Part shown: positions 26,653-35,130 of the stretch, piece by piece
Layout of the letters: every line of letters begins with the position of its first letter
Position numbering within the stretch: the first letter of the stretch is position 1
Source of the DNA: Gammaproteobacteria bacterium
GTDB taxonomy: Bacteria; Pseudomonadota; Gammaproteobacteria; Steroidobacterales; Woeseiaceae
NCBI GenBank assembly: GCA_029881055.1
Contig: JAOUNH010000001.1
Coordinates: 1-63,111, forward strand
Reading direction: 5' to 3'
DNA: 63,111 nucleotides
Made by a program: the position numbers and the translations under genes
The notes under the pieces: model-generated
The model's database searches: none
What the model was told of the DNA's origin: nothing
Seen by the model: only the letters and a program-made list of their open reading frames with translations

Positions 26653-28650
26653 TTACCCGGCCTTGATCCGGTTGGCTTGCGGCTGCCCCGAAGGCGGACG
26701 TTGAACATTGGACGGCGTTCGCGCCAGGCCACCCGTCTGCATCATATCGGCTGGCAAGGCAAAACCCTCCACGGTCTTTCTGAGTTGCGTAGCAAGCTCT
26801 GAGAGTTTCGAAATCGACGCGGCTGTCGCTGAAGTTGCCTTGCCGGTTTGGGCACCGATTTCACGCAGCCGAGTGGTACGACGTGTCACGTCCGCTGCCG
26901 CGCCGGCCTGTTGTCGCGCCGAGCTCGAGATATTCTGTACGAGGCTCGCGATCTGGTTCGAAACCTGCTCGATCTCGTCGAGTGCCGCACCGGCGTTTTC
27001 CGCCAGCAAGGCGCCTCCCACTACGTCTGTCGTGCTGCGTTCCATCGACACGACTGCTTCGTTGGTATCTGCCTGAATCGTTCGAACCAGGACTTCGATT
27101 TGCTTGGTGGCGTTCGTCGATCGCTCGGCGAGTCGCTGCACTTCGTCGGCGACGACGGCAAATCCGCGGCCCGCCTCACCCGCCATCGATGCCTGGATCG
27201 ATGCATTCAGTGCCAGGATATTGGTCTGCTCGGCGATGTCGTTGATCAGTTCGACGATATTGCCGATCTCCTGCGAACTCTCACCCAGCCGCTTGATGCG
27301 CTTCGAGGTTTCCTGAATGGTCTCGCGGATGGCATTCATACCATCGATCGTGCGCCGCACCGCCTCGCCGCCCTTGTGTGCGACTTCCACCGAGTGCCGC
27401 GCGACGTCCGACGAACGTTCGGCATTTCCGGAAACTTCCTCGATCGAAGCCGCCATCGACACAATGGATTCCGTGGCGGCATTGATTTCCCGTGCCTGGT
27501 TCTCCGCGGCCTTGGCGAGATGCGCCGCGGTGTTTTCGGTCTGCTTGGTCGCGGTATCGACCATCAGTGCCGTATCGTTAACCGTCTTGACGAGCTTGCG
27601 TAGCTCTTCGATCGCAAAGTTAAACGAATCTGCAATCGTGCCGGTTATATCTTCGGTTACGGTTGCTTCGACCGTCAGGTCGCCGTCGGCGAGGCTGCCC
27701 ATTTCGTCGAGCAAGCGCAGAATAGCCTGCTGATTGCGTTCGTTCTGGTCTGCCTGCTCTCTTGCTGCTCTTTCGAACACAGATGCTTTCGAATGCAGCA
27801 GCATCAGTCCGACGATCACCAGAATCGCGATGGCAACCAGGCCGATCGGAATCATCGCATTTTCGAGGAAGTCGGGCAGTATGGATGGTGCGCCTGCTGA
27901 CGAGAATGCCGATTTCAATAAAGCGTCGGCGCTCGCGGCGAGCTCCGCCCTTGTGTCGCCAAGCCCGCTCACCTGCCGGATGTTGGCGTTAATGATCGAC
28001 GACTGCTCTTCAAGACTTGTCAGGCTGCTGATGACCGGCACCAGGGCCACTTCGCGGCTCTCGCGACTCAGTGGGCGAATATCGAGGTCACTGGCACTGC
28101 CGTCCAGCGCATTGCTGACATTTCTCAAATAACCGATATCTTCCGCAATTGCACCGGCCGCGGCTTCACCGCTATCGAGTATGTTTTGAGACGTTTCACG
28201 AATTCGATTGGCGCGCTGCTGGAACTCCTGGATAGCCGCCGTCGCACCGGACCGACCCAATAGTTCATTGGCAAGTTCGACCAGCGACGACGCGTCTGTA
28301 CTCGCCCGGCGTTCAGCAGCCAGCAGTGCTTCAACTTCCGCCCTTTTTGCCAATATTGCAGCGGCGCGGGATTCAAGTTGCTGCCAATCCGCGGCGCGTC
28401 CCGGAGCGCCGCTACGCCGCAACGCGGCTACGCTATTGAGACTCTGATTGAGCTCGTCAAAAGCGCCTGCGTCGCCTTCAAGTGCCCTTGCAGCTTGCGC
28501 AGGAATGGCCTGCGACAAGGCTGCGAGCCTGGGCACGGAACTTCCTCCACCGGATTGAAAGTAAATCAATGCCGCGGCACCAACCAGCAGGAAAGCGGCG
28601 AAGCCCGCGGCCGCCCTAAAAGTGGATGAATTGTCGATATTACTGGCCAT
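26653..28650 (-). CDS. pilJ: Methyl-accepting chemotaxis protein PilJ
   Basis: 665 aa with an N-terminal TM helix, a large periplasmic PilJ-type region, a second TM helix, HAMP, and the highly conserved MCP signalling hairpin (IAEQTNILALNASIQASMAGEAGRGFAVVADEVQRLAERS). Confidence 0.9.
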   Translation of the reverse strand: MASNIDNSSTFRAAAGFAAFLLVGAAALIYFQSGGGSSVPRLAALSQAIPAQAARALEGDAGAFDELNQSLNSVAALRRSGAPGRAADWQQLESRAAAILAKRAEVEALLAAERRASTDASSLVELANELLGRSGATAAIQEFQQRANRIRETSQNILDSGEAAAGAIAEDIGYLRNVSNALDGSASDLDIRPLSRESREVALVPVISSLTSLEEQSSIINANIRQVSGLGDTRAELAASADALLKSAFSSAGAPSILPDFLENAMIPIGLVAIAILVIVGLMLLHSKASVFERAAREQADQNERNQQAILRLLDEMGSLADGDLTVEATVTEDITGTIADSFNFAIEELRKLVKTVNDTALMVDTATKQTENTAAHLAKAAENQAREINAATESIVSMAASIEEVSGNAERSSDVARHSVEVAHKGGEAVRRTIDGMNAIRETIQETSKRIKRLGESSQEIGNIVELINDIAEQTNILALNASIQASMAGEAGRGFAVVADEVQRLAERSTNATKQIEVLVRTIQADTNEAVVSMERSTTDVVGGALLAENAGAALDEIEQVSNQIASLVQNISSSARQQAGAAADVTRRTTRLREIGAQTGKATSATAASISKLSELATQLRKTVEGFALPADMMQTGGLARTPSNVQRPPSGQPQANRIKAG

Positions 28651-28659
28651 GACTCACCT

Positions 28660-29223
28660 TCATTCCGCAGATGCCTGCAGGAACACATTGCTTTCAACTA
28701 GATCGAACAAATTAAAAACCGGCCAGAAGTCGTCACCACGCTTATAGACCCCGGCCAGGAAACGATCGCAGCGTACGATGGTTTCCCGAGCTTCATTTGC
28801 AAACTCCTGATCCGTAAAACGACGGAAACCCAGGACTTCGTCTACGACGAGCCCCGCCGGCATTTCGCGGTGATTAACGGATATAACACGCGTCGTTCGA
28901 CGCAAGGTTGTTCTACCACTGCCAAGCATCAGCTTTAGATCCACCAGCGGCAGCAGATGACCGCGCAAGTTGGCGATACCCAGCAGCCAGCGCTTTGCAC
29001 CCGGCACGCGCGTCATGGAATCCGGCAACATCAAAACTTCACGGACCTGTTCACGACTCGCAACAAACTGCTCTTCGCCAATTCGAAAGCCAACGCCCAC
29101 CCATTCAGATGGCATCGCGCCTGAACCATGGCCCGCGTGTGCGACACGGCTGCGCAGCTCCATTTCCTTGAGCAACTCAAACGGTTGCTCAACCAGAGCT
29201 GCGAGGTCGGCGGAGCCACTCAT
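28660..29223 (-). CDS. pilI: CheW-like protein PilI
   Basis: 187-aa CheW fold (VGFRIGEEQFVASREQVREV...GIANLRGHLLPLVDL), positioned between pilH and pilJ. Confidence 0.85.
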   Translation of the reverse strand: MSGSADLAALVEQPFELLKEMELRSRVAHAGHGSGAMPSEWVGVGFRIGEEQFVASREQVREVLMLPDSMTRVPGAKRWLLGIANLRGHLLPLVDLKLMLGSGRTTLRRTTRVISVNHREMPAGLVVDEVLGFRRFTDQEFANEARETIVRCDRFLAGVYKRGDDFWPVFNLFDLVESNVFLQASAE

Positions 29224-29589
29224 TCAGGCCGCCATCACCGTGTTGATCATGGCGACCAGTTCCTTGGGTACTATCGGCTTTACCAGGTAGTCAACGGCCC
29301 CCTGGCGCATTCCCCAGATCTTGTCAGTCTCCTGATCCTTGGTCGTTATGATGATGACAGGGATGGAAGCGGTGATCGGATCCTTGGTGAGCTGGCGGGT
29401 TGCCTGGAAGCCGTTCATGCCCGGCATAACGACGTCCATCAAAATACAGTCCGGCCGCGACGTTCTTGCCGCTTTGAGTCCTTCTTCGCCGCTGTCGGCG
29501 ACGAGCGTGTCGAAACCTGCTTTTTCAAGCATGCTCTGAAACAAATGCAACTCAGTTGGCGAATCATCAATGATGAGTACGACTGCCAT
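29224..29589 (-). CDS. pilH: CheY-like response regulator PilH
   Basis: 121-aa single receiver domain (VLIIDDS...ILMDVVMPGMNG...YLVKP). Confidence 0.9.
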   Translation of the reverse strand: MAVVLIIDDSPTELHLFQSMLEKAGFDTLVADSGEEGLKAARTSRPDCILMDVVMPGMNGFQATRQLTKDPITASIPVIIITTKDQETDKIWGMRQGAVDYLVKPIVPKELVAMINTVMAA

Positions 29590-29599
29590 TTAGATTTCC

Positions 29600-29992
29600 T
29601 TAATTGATCTGGTTGGAAATGGCGCCGAGCAGTTCATCTTTCGTGAACGGCTTGGTCAGGTATTGTTCGCTGCCAACAATCCGCCCGCGCGCGCGATCGA
29701 ACAGGCCGTCCTTGCTGGAGAGCATGATGACGGGCGTATCCTTAAAAATCTTGTTGTGCTTGATCAAAGAGCAGGTTTCGTAACCGTCGAGGCGCGGCAT
29801 CATGATGTCGACAAAAATAAGGTCGGGCTGATGATCGGCGATCTTGGACAAAGCATCGAAACCGTCGATCGCCGTGAACACCTGGCAACCCTCTTTCGAT
29901 AACAGGGTTTCTGCGGTTCTGCGAATGGTCTTGCTGTCGTCCACGACAAGTATTTTCAAGCCGTTTAGGCTACGCGACACGTTAGCTGACAC
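29600..29992 (-). CDS. pilG: CheY-like response regulator PilG
   Basis: 130-aa single receiver domain (ILVVDDSKTIRR...IFVDIMMPRLDGYETC...YLTKPF). It is divergent from gshB, as in Pseudomonas. Confidence 0.9.
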   Translation of the reverse strand: MSANVSRSLNGLKILVVDDSKTIRRTAETLLSKEGCQVFTAIDGFDALSKIADHQPDLIFVDIMMPRLDGYETCSLIKHNKIFKDTPVIMLSSKDGLFDRARGRIVGSEQYLTKPFTKDELLGAISNQIN

Positions 29993-30150
29993 CAGTTTTC
30001 CCCAGGTTGATTGTGACTTTTACCATATTGACATAAGTCCCGCCACGACGCCCGCCAGCTTACGCAAAATCATGATATTTCCGGTGCTTACAGCGGATTT
30101 CACGGTATAGTTGGCCGCGTCCTGCTGAAACGAGTCCATAAGCTCAGAAG

Positions 30151-31107
30151 ATGGCTGAAAACCGCATGAAACTAGGCATTGTGATGGACCCGATCCGGTC
30201 AATCACCCCGAAAAAGGATTCCTCCCTGGCCATGCTACTTGAAGCGAGCCGCCGAGGTGCCGAACTCCACTATTTCGAACAACAGCATTTGCGAATGCTA
30301 TCCGGTAAAGCGATCGGAATATCGACCCAGCTCACAGTTCGTGACAACTACGAAGACTGGTTCGACCTGGGTCAGCAACAGGAAGTTGAGCTTGGTGAGC
30401 TCGACGTCATTCTCATGCGCAAGGATCCTCCGTTCAACATGGAGTATGTCTATACGACATACATTCTGGACCGCGCCAAGCTGGCGGGCGCCCTGGTGGT
30501 AAACGCACCCCAGGCGCTTCGCGACATGAATGAAAAGGCTTACACGGGCTGGTTTCCCGAATGCACGCCCGTCACCCTCGTAACGCGTTCAATGCCAGAG
30601 ATGAAGGCATTTCTCGCCAAGCACGGTCGTATCGTGGTCAAGCCATTGGACGGTATGGGTGGACGTTCGATTTTTGTCATCCAGAAGGGCGATAACAATG
30701 CCAACGTCATACTCGAGACACTAACGGATTACGGGCAACGCTTCGCGATTGCACAGGTTTACATTCCGGAAATCAGCGCGGGTGACAAACGCATACTACT
30801 CATCGACGGTGAGCCGGTGCCGTATGCGCTGGCGCGCATTCCAAGCCCAGACGACAACCGTGGCAACATGGTCGCGGGTGCAACGACGCGCGGGCAGCCC
30901 TTGTCCGCTGCCGACGTACGAATTTGCGAGATTGTCGGCCCCGTCCTCCGTGACCAGGGCGTGTTATTTGCCGGACTCGATGTCATTGGCGACTACCTGA
31001 CCGAAGTCAATGTCACCAGCCCGACTGGCATTCGCGAACTTGATCGCGAATTCGGCCTGAATATTGCGGGCCTGATGTTCGACGCAATCGAGAAAAAGCT
31101 GCGCTGA
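30151..31107 (+). CDS. gshB: Glutathione synthetase
   Basis: MKLGIVMDPIRSITPKKDSSLAMLLEA closely follows the E. coli GshB N-terminus, and an ATP-grasp C-terminal half is present. The true start may be the ATG at 30166. Confidence 0.92.
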   Translation: MAENRMKLGIVMDPIRSITPKKDSSLAMLLEASRRGAELHYFEQQHLRMLSGKAIGISTQLTVRDNYEDWFDLGQQQEVELGELDVILMRKDPPFNMEYVYTTYILDRAKLAGALVVNAPQALRDMNEKAYTGWFPECTPVTLVTRSMPEMKAFLAKHGRIVVKPLDGMGGRSIFVIQKGDNNANVILETLTDYGQRFAIAQVYIPEISAGDKRILLIDGEPVPYALARIPSPDDNRGNMVAGATTRGQPLSAADVRICEIVGPVLRDQGVLFAGLDVIGDYLTEVNVTSPTGIRELDREFGLNIAGLMFDAIEKKLR

Positions 31108-31222
31108 CCGATATAAGGTGACGGCCGATATAAGGTGACAGTGACCCTAAATGCCGAATTAGGGTGACAGTGACCTTAATTGCCGATTTAGGGTCACTGT
31201 CACCTTATATCCACCTTATATC
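31108..31222. repeat. Compound direct/inverted repeat element (REP/MITE-like or protein-binding array; may also terminate gshB)
   Basis: A perfect 25-bp inverted repeat joins 31128-31152 (ATATAAGGTGACAGTGACCCTAAAT) and 31186-31210. Outer 11-bp arms are GATATAAGGTG (31110-31120) / CACCTTATATC (31212-31222). Two tandem copies of about 29 bp each contain GGTGACAGTGACC (31132-31160 and 31161-31189). Confidence 0.85.
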
Positions 31223-31276
31223 TTGTGGGCGGTTTGCTTGTTTCCGTGCGGTGATTGACGGATTATTCGCGCGAAT

Positions 31277-32188
31277 ATGGCCAACATTGCGCTGCACACA
31301 GATCCGCTCGACGAGATGCGGCTCATTCACCCGGTCGTTCCCGACCGTTTGCCCGCAATGCTTTTCCTGGCCGCGCTGGTGCACGGCATCCTGATCATCG
31401 GCATCACCTTTAATCCGGAGCTCACGAATCCATTCGCGAGCGTGATTTCGCTGGAGGTCACTATCGTTGCCGACCCCGATCAGCGTATCGACCGTCCGGA
31501 CGAAGCAGCCTATCTCGCTCAGGCCAGCCAGGAGGGTGGTGGCAACACGACCGAGCAAGTTCGGCCCGCGGCGCCACAGCAAAGCGCGATGCCTGTTGAC
31601 AATGAGGGACAGAAGGACGGCACGGCGCTTCTCGACGCACAGGCACACGAGCGTTCGGCCGACGAGCTACTTGCAACGCAAGATCCGGATAAGCGACGGG
31701 TTAATGTAAATCCACGGTCAAACCCGCAGCCGGAAACCACTACCGCGATCGCCATGGAGGCCGGCAGCGAGTCTACCCTGCCGCTGCCACAGGAAGACCA
31801 GTCGACGATGCTGATCAGGGACGATGAGCCACGGCAGCTGATCATCAGCGCGGATACGCGGGAGTCCGTTATTGCCGCCTATCTCGACAACTGGAAGCGC
31901 CGTATTGAAGGCGTGGGCGATTCCTACCTTCCACAGCTTGGCCTGATCGACGACATCTCCGGCAGTCCCACGTTGATGGTCGCCATTGAGGCGTCCGGGG
32001 AGCTTGCTGAGGCGGTCATTCGCAAGTCGAGCGGCTCGACAGTCCTCGACCTCGCGGCTCTCGATATTCTGCACCGGGCATCGCCGTTCGACCCCTTCCC
32101 GCCGGAAGTCTCGGCGGAATACGATGTCCTGCGTTTCGAATACAAATGGCTGTTCGCCGAGCAGCTCATTTCGAGCCCACCCCCCTGA
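31277..32188 (+). CDS. TonB-family energy transducer-like protein (TonB3-like position)
   Basis: It has an N-terminal TM helix (LPAMLFLAALVHGILIIGI) and a low-complexity linker. The C-terminal TonB-like domain reads YLDNWKRRIEGVG...GSPTLMVAIEASGELAEAVIRKSSGSTVLDLAALDILHRASPFDPFP. The synteny gshB-tonB3-yqgE matches Pseudomonas. Confidence 0.7.
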   Translation: MANIALHTDPLDEMRLIHPVVPDRLPAMLFLAALVHGILIIGITFNPELTNPFASVISLEVTIVADPDQRIDRPDEAAYLAQASQEGGGNTTEQVRPAAPQQSAMPVDNEGQKDGTALLDAQAHERSADELLATQDPDKRRVNVNPRSNPQPETTTAIAMEAGSESTLPLPQEDQSTMLIRDDEPRQLIISADTRESVIAAYLDNWKRRIEGVGDSYLPQLGLIDDISGSPTLMVAIEASGELAEAVIRKSSGSTVLDLAALDILHRASPFDPFPPEVSAEYDVLRFEYKWLFAEQLISSPPP

Positions 32189-32231
32189 TATCCGCCTTGT
32201 GCCAAAGCGCGCGAGCACAGATACTAGTGAC

Positions 32232-32795
32232 ATGGACCCAAGCAGCAGCCTTACAAATCAGCTACTTATAGCCATGCCCGGCATGCTGGACCCGAATTTC
32301 AGCACCACCGTGACGCTCATTTGCGAACACAACGACAACGGTGCCCTTGGCATCATCATCAACCGGCCACTCAACCTGAAGCTCTCCGGGCTGTTCGAGC
32401 AACTCGCGGTTAACAGCGCCGACCCCGATGTCGCCGAGAAACCCGTGGTCGCTGGTGGGCCGGTGGGAATCGAACGCGGTTTTGTTTTGCACGGCAAGGA
32501 ACAGAGTTTCGAGAACACGCTGACCGTCTCGAGTGACATCAAATTGACCCTGTCGCGCGATGTTATTGATGCGATGGCAACAGGCGCGGGCCCCGAAAAA
32601 GCATTGGTGGCCATTGGCTACGCCGGTTGGGAGCCTGGCCAGCTTGAGCAGGAGATGCTGGCGAACGCATGGCTGAATGTGACGGCGACGCCGGAACTTG
32701 TGTTCGACACACCTTTTGAACAACGCTGGGATTCAGCCGCGCGATTGCTCGGCATCGACATCGCCAGCATCTCCCCGGACGCCGGTCACGCCTGA
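32232..32795 (+). CDS. yqgE: YqgE/AlgH-family protein
   Basis: The family N-terminus LTNQLLIAMPGMLDPNFSTTVTLICEHNDNGALGIIINRP is present. The track ORF (31986) is an upstream extension overlapping the tonB-like gene, so I start at the ATG at 32232. Confidence 0.85.
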   Translation: MDPSSSLTNQLLIAMPGMLDPNFSTTVTLICEHNDNGALGIIINRPLNLKLSGLFEQLAVNSADPDVAEKPVVAGGPVGIERGFVLHGKEQSFENTLTVSSDIKLTLSRDVIDAMATGAGPEKALVAIGYAGWEPGQLEQEMLANAWLNVTATPELVFDTPFEQRWDSAARLLGIDIASISPDAGHA

Positions 32796-32796
32796 C

Positions 32797-33222
32797 TTGT
32801 CGTCGCACCGCACCATCCTGGCCTTCGACTTCGGACTGCGCCGCATTGGCGTTGCCGTCGGCCAGGATGTAACGGGCTCCGCCAGCCCGCTCGGCGTGGT
32901 CGCCAATCGACCTGAAGGCGCCGACCATGCCGCAATTGCCGCGCTTATCAGGGAATGGCAACCCACCGGCATTGTAGTCGGCATGCCCGCGCACACGGAT
33001 GGGTCCCGGAGTGATATGCAAAAGCCTGTCGAGGCCTTTATCCAGGAACTGCGGCGCTACCAGCTGGCCATAGACACTGTCGACGAGCGGTACAGCTCGC
33101 TGGAAGCAACAGCGGCACTGAAAGAGTCCCGGGCAGCCGGGTCGCGAGGTCGTATCTCGAAGGAAATGATAGACGCCGCGGCCGCTGTATTTATCGCTGA
33201 AAGATACCTCTCATGTGAGTAG
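32797..33222 (+). CDS. ruvX: Holliday-junction resolvase-like nuclease RuvX (YqgF)
   Basis: ILAFDFGLRRIGVAVG is the YqgF N-terminal signature. A TTG start at 32797 lies 2 nt after the yqgE stop, and the track ORF start (32698) lies inside yqgE. Confidence 0.82.
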   Translation: MSSHRTILAFDFGLRRIGVAVGQDVTGSASPLGVVANRPEGADHAAIAALIREWQPTGIVVGMPAHTDGSRSDMQKPVEAFIQELRRYQLAIDTVDERYSSLEATAALKESRAAGSRGRISKEMIDAAAAVFIAERYLSCE

Positions 33223-33234
33223 AATCCCCCCGCA

Positions 33235-34209
33235 ATGGCGCAAGACGACAGCACACTTCAGTTTGACGACAAAGGCAATCTTCGCCATCTATTGTCATTG
33301 CAAGGACTCGATGCCTCGCTGTTGACCGAGCTGATGGATGAGGCCGAGGGCTACCTGACAGCACCGGGCGCATTGCCGGTACGCAGCCAGTCCCTGGCGG
33401 GCCGCACGGTCGGCAACCTTTTCTTCGAGCCCAGCACCCGGACCCGGGCCTCATTTGACCTTGCCGGCCGCCGCCTGGGTGCCGATGTACTCAATCTCGA
33501 CGTCAACACTTCGTCACGCAAGAAAGGCGAAAGCATTCTCGACACCATTTACACGCTCGAGGCCATGCAGGTCGACATCATGGTCGTTCGTGATGCGAGT
33601 GACGGCGTTCCGGCTTACATCGCACGCCATGTTGCAGGCCATGTCAGTATTTTGAACGCCGGTGAGTCTGATGTTTCTCATCCGACGCAGGGCCTGCTCG
33701 ACCTCCTTACCATTCGCCAGCACAACCCGGATTTCAAAAACCTGGTCGTCGCGATTGTCGGCGATATCCAGCATTCACGCGTTGCGCGATCCGCCTCCGA
33801 AGCCTTACAGACCATGGGAGTCGGTGAATTGCGCTTAATTTCTCCGCCCGTGCTTGCGCCGAGCGAAGGTCGATTCCCGGGCGCGCGTATCATCCACACG
33901 CTGGCCGAGGGACTCAAGGACGCGGACGTCGTGATGGCACTCCGAATCCAGCGCGAACGCATCGGAAACCTCGACGGCGTTCCCGGCATCGATGAATACT
34001 TTGCAAATTACGGCGTCAGCAGGGAAAGCATCAAGGTTGCGAAACCGGACGCGATCGTCATGCATCCGGGCCCGATGAACCGAGGCATCGAAATCGAGGG
34101 CGCTCTCGCGGACAGCCCAAGGTCTGTCATTACCAAGCAGGTCAGGAATGGCGTTGCCGTCCGCATGGCCGTGCTCAATCGCATTGGCAAAATGATGAGC
34201 ATGCGGTGA
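33235..34209 (+). CDS. pyrB: Aspartate carbamoyltransferase catalytic subunit
   Basis: The carbamoyl-phosphate site (FFEPSTRTRASF) and the HPTQ and HPGP motifs are present. Length is 324 aa. Confidence 0.93.
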   Translation: MAQDDSTLQFDDKGNLRHLLSLQGLDASLLTELMDEAEGYLTAPGALPVRSQSLAGRTVGNLFFEPSTRTRASFDLAGRRLGADVLNLDVNTSSRKKGESILDTIYTLEAMQVDIMVVRDASDGVPAYIARHVAGHVSILNAGESDVSHPTQGLLDLLTIRQHNPDFKNLVVAIVGDIQHSRVARSASEALQTMGVGELRLISPPVLAPSEGRFPGARIIHTLAEGLKDADVVMALRIQRERIGNLDGVPGIDEYFANYGVSRESIKVAKPDAIVMHPGPMNRGIEIEGALADSPRSVITKQVRNGVAVRMAVLNRIGKMMSMR

Positions 34210-35099
34210 CGACAGCGGCGCAAAAATTTGCTCAACGCAATCGCAACACTATTTTTGTTGAAGACGGTGCGCTGCTCAGTGTAGACGAGTTTCCGGGCGA
34301 CCAGTTCATCATGCGAATTCGTTCGCCGAAGTGCGCTGCCGCAGCGAAGCCTGGCAGTTTTGTGCACGTGTCCTGCGACGCCACTTTGCCGATGCGCAGG
34401 CCTCTGTCCATTATGCGTGTCGAAGATGACTGCATTGACGTGCTTTACAAAATTGTCGGCGATGGCCTTCGCTGGCTATCGGCGAAGCGTCCCGGCGACT
34501 CGATCAGCGTGCTCGGTCCCATTGGCCAGCCGTTCCGGCCCAGCGCAGAGCGGCCGAACACCTTGTTGTTAGGCGGCGGAGTGGGAATTCCACCGATGGT
34601 GTTTCTGGCCGAATTCCTGCGCCTGAATCCGGACACCTGGTCGCCGCTGGCGATTTTTGGTTCCGAACTACCGTTTCCATTCGAACTCAAGGCGTCTTCG
34701 ATCGATACTGCGTGGCTGGATCCGAACGTTAACGCTACGATGCCGCTCCTGGAGAGCTGGGGCATTCCCTGCCGGCTGGTGACACTGGCTGGATTCGAGC
34801 ATTGCTTCGACGGCTATGTCACCGATCTCGCCGAGCTGTGGCTTTCCTCGCTGCCGGCCAGCGAGCGAGCGAAGACGGAAGTCTTCGCCTGCGGGCCGAC
34901 CCCGATGCTTAAGGCGGTCGCCGCACTGGCCGCAAAATACGACCTGCCGTGCCAGGTATCGCTGGAAGAATTCATGGCCTGTGCCGTCGGCGGTTGCGCC
35001 GGCTGCGCGGTGAAAATCAATACGCCGGATGGCCCGGCGATGAAGCGCGTCTGCGTGGATGGCCCGGTTTTTAGAGCGTCTGACGTAGTCTGGCAGTAA
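34206..35099 (+). CDS. PyrK-like FAD/[2Fe-2S] ferredoxin-reductase-type electron-transfer protein
   Basis: It has an RPLSI flavin motif, GGGVGIPP and CGPTPM nucleotide-binding motifs, and the C-terminal cluster C-x4-C-x2-C...C (MACAVGGCAGCAVK...RVCVDGPVF). The start (GTGA) overlaps the pyrB stop by 4 nt. Confidence 0.78.
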   Translation: MTTAAQKFAQRNRNTIFVEDGALLSVDEFPGDQFIMRIRSPKCAAAAKPGSFVHVSCDATLPMRRPLSIMRVEDDCIDVLYKIVGDGLRWLSAKRPGDSISVLGPIGQPFRPSAERPNTLLLGGGVGIPPMVFLAEFLRLNPDTWSPLAIFGSELPFPFELKASSIDTAWLDPNVNATMPLLESWGIPCRLVTLAGFEHCFDGYVTDLAELWLSSLPASERAKTEVFACGPTPMLKAVAALAAKYDLPCQVSLEEFMACAVGGCAGCAVKINTPDGPAMKRVCVDGPVFRASDVVWQ

Positions 35100-35130
35100 G
35101 ACGCCAATTCGGCTCGCTGGCGGATCCGGC

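Noticed and set aside
26628-26732. N-terminal extension of chpA in the ORF track (start 26732), overlapping the last 80 nt of pilJ
   Set aside because: The extension is Arg-rich (MAWRERRPMFNVRLRGSRKPTGSRPGKRLRDADNE) and overlaps pilJ coding sequence. A start at 26627 (or 26597) leaves a 25-nt intergenic gap and precedes the first conserved ChpA segment. I cannot exclude 26708.
31164-31394. 76-aa plus-strand ORF starting within the repeat element after gshB
   Set aside because: It begins inside the palindromic repeat, overlaps the tonB-like gene in another frame, and has no RBS or motif.
31986-32231. Track ORF extensions for yqgE (31986), ruvX (32698), the HU-like gene (41286) and rfbA (59984)
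   Set aside because: In each case the extension overlaps the preceding gene or encodes implausible sequence, and the conserved family N-terminus begins at an internal start codon placed just after the upstream stop.
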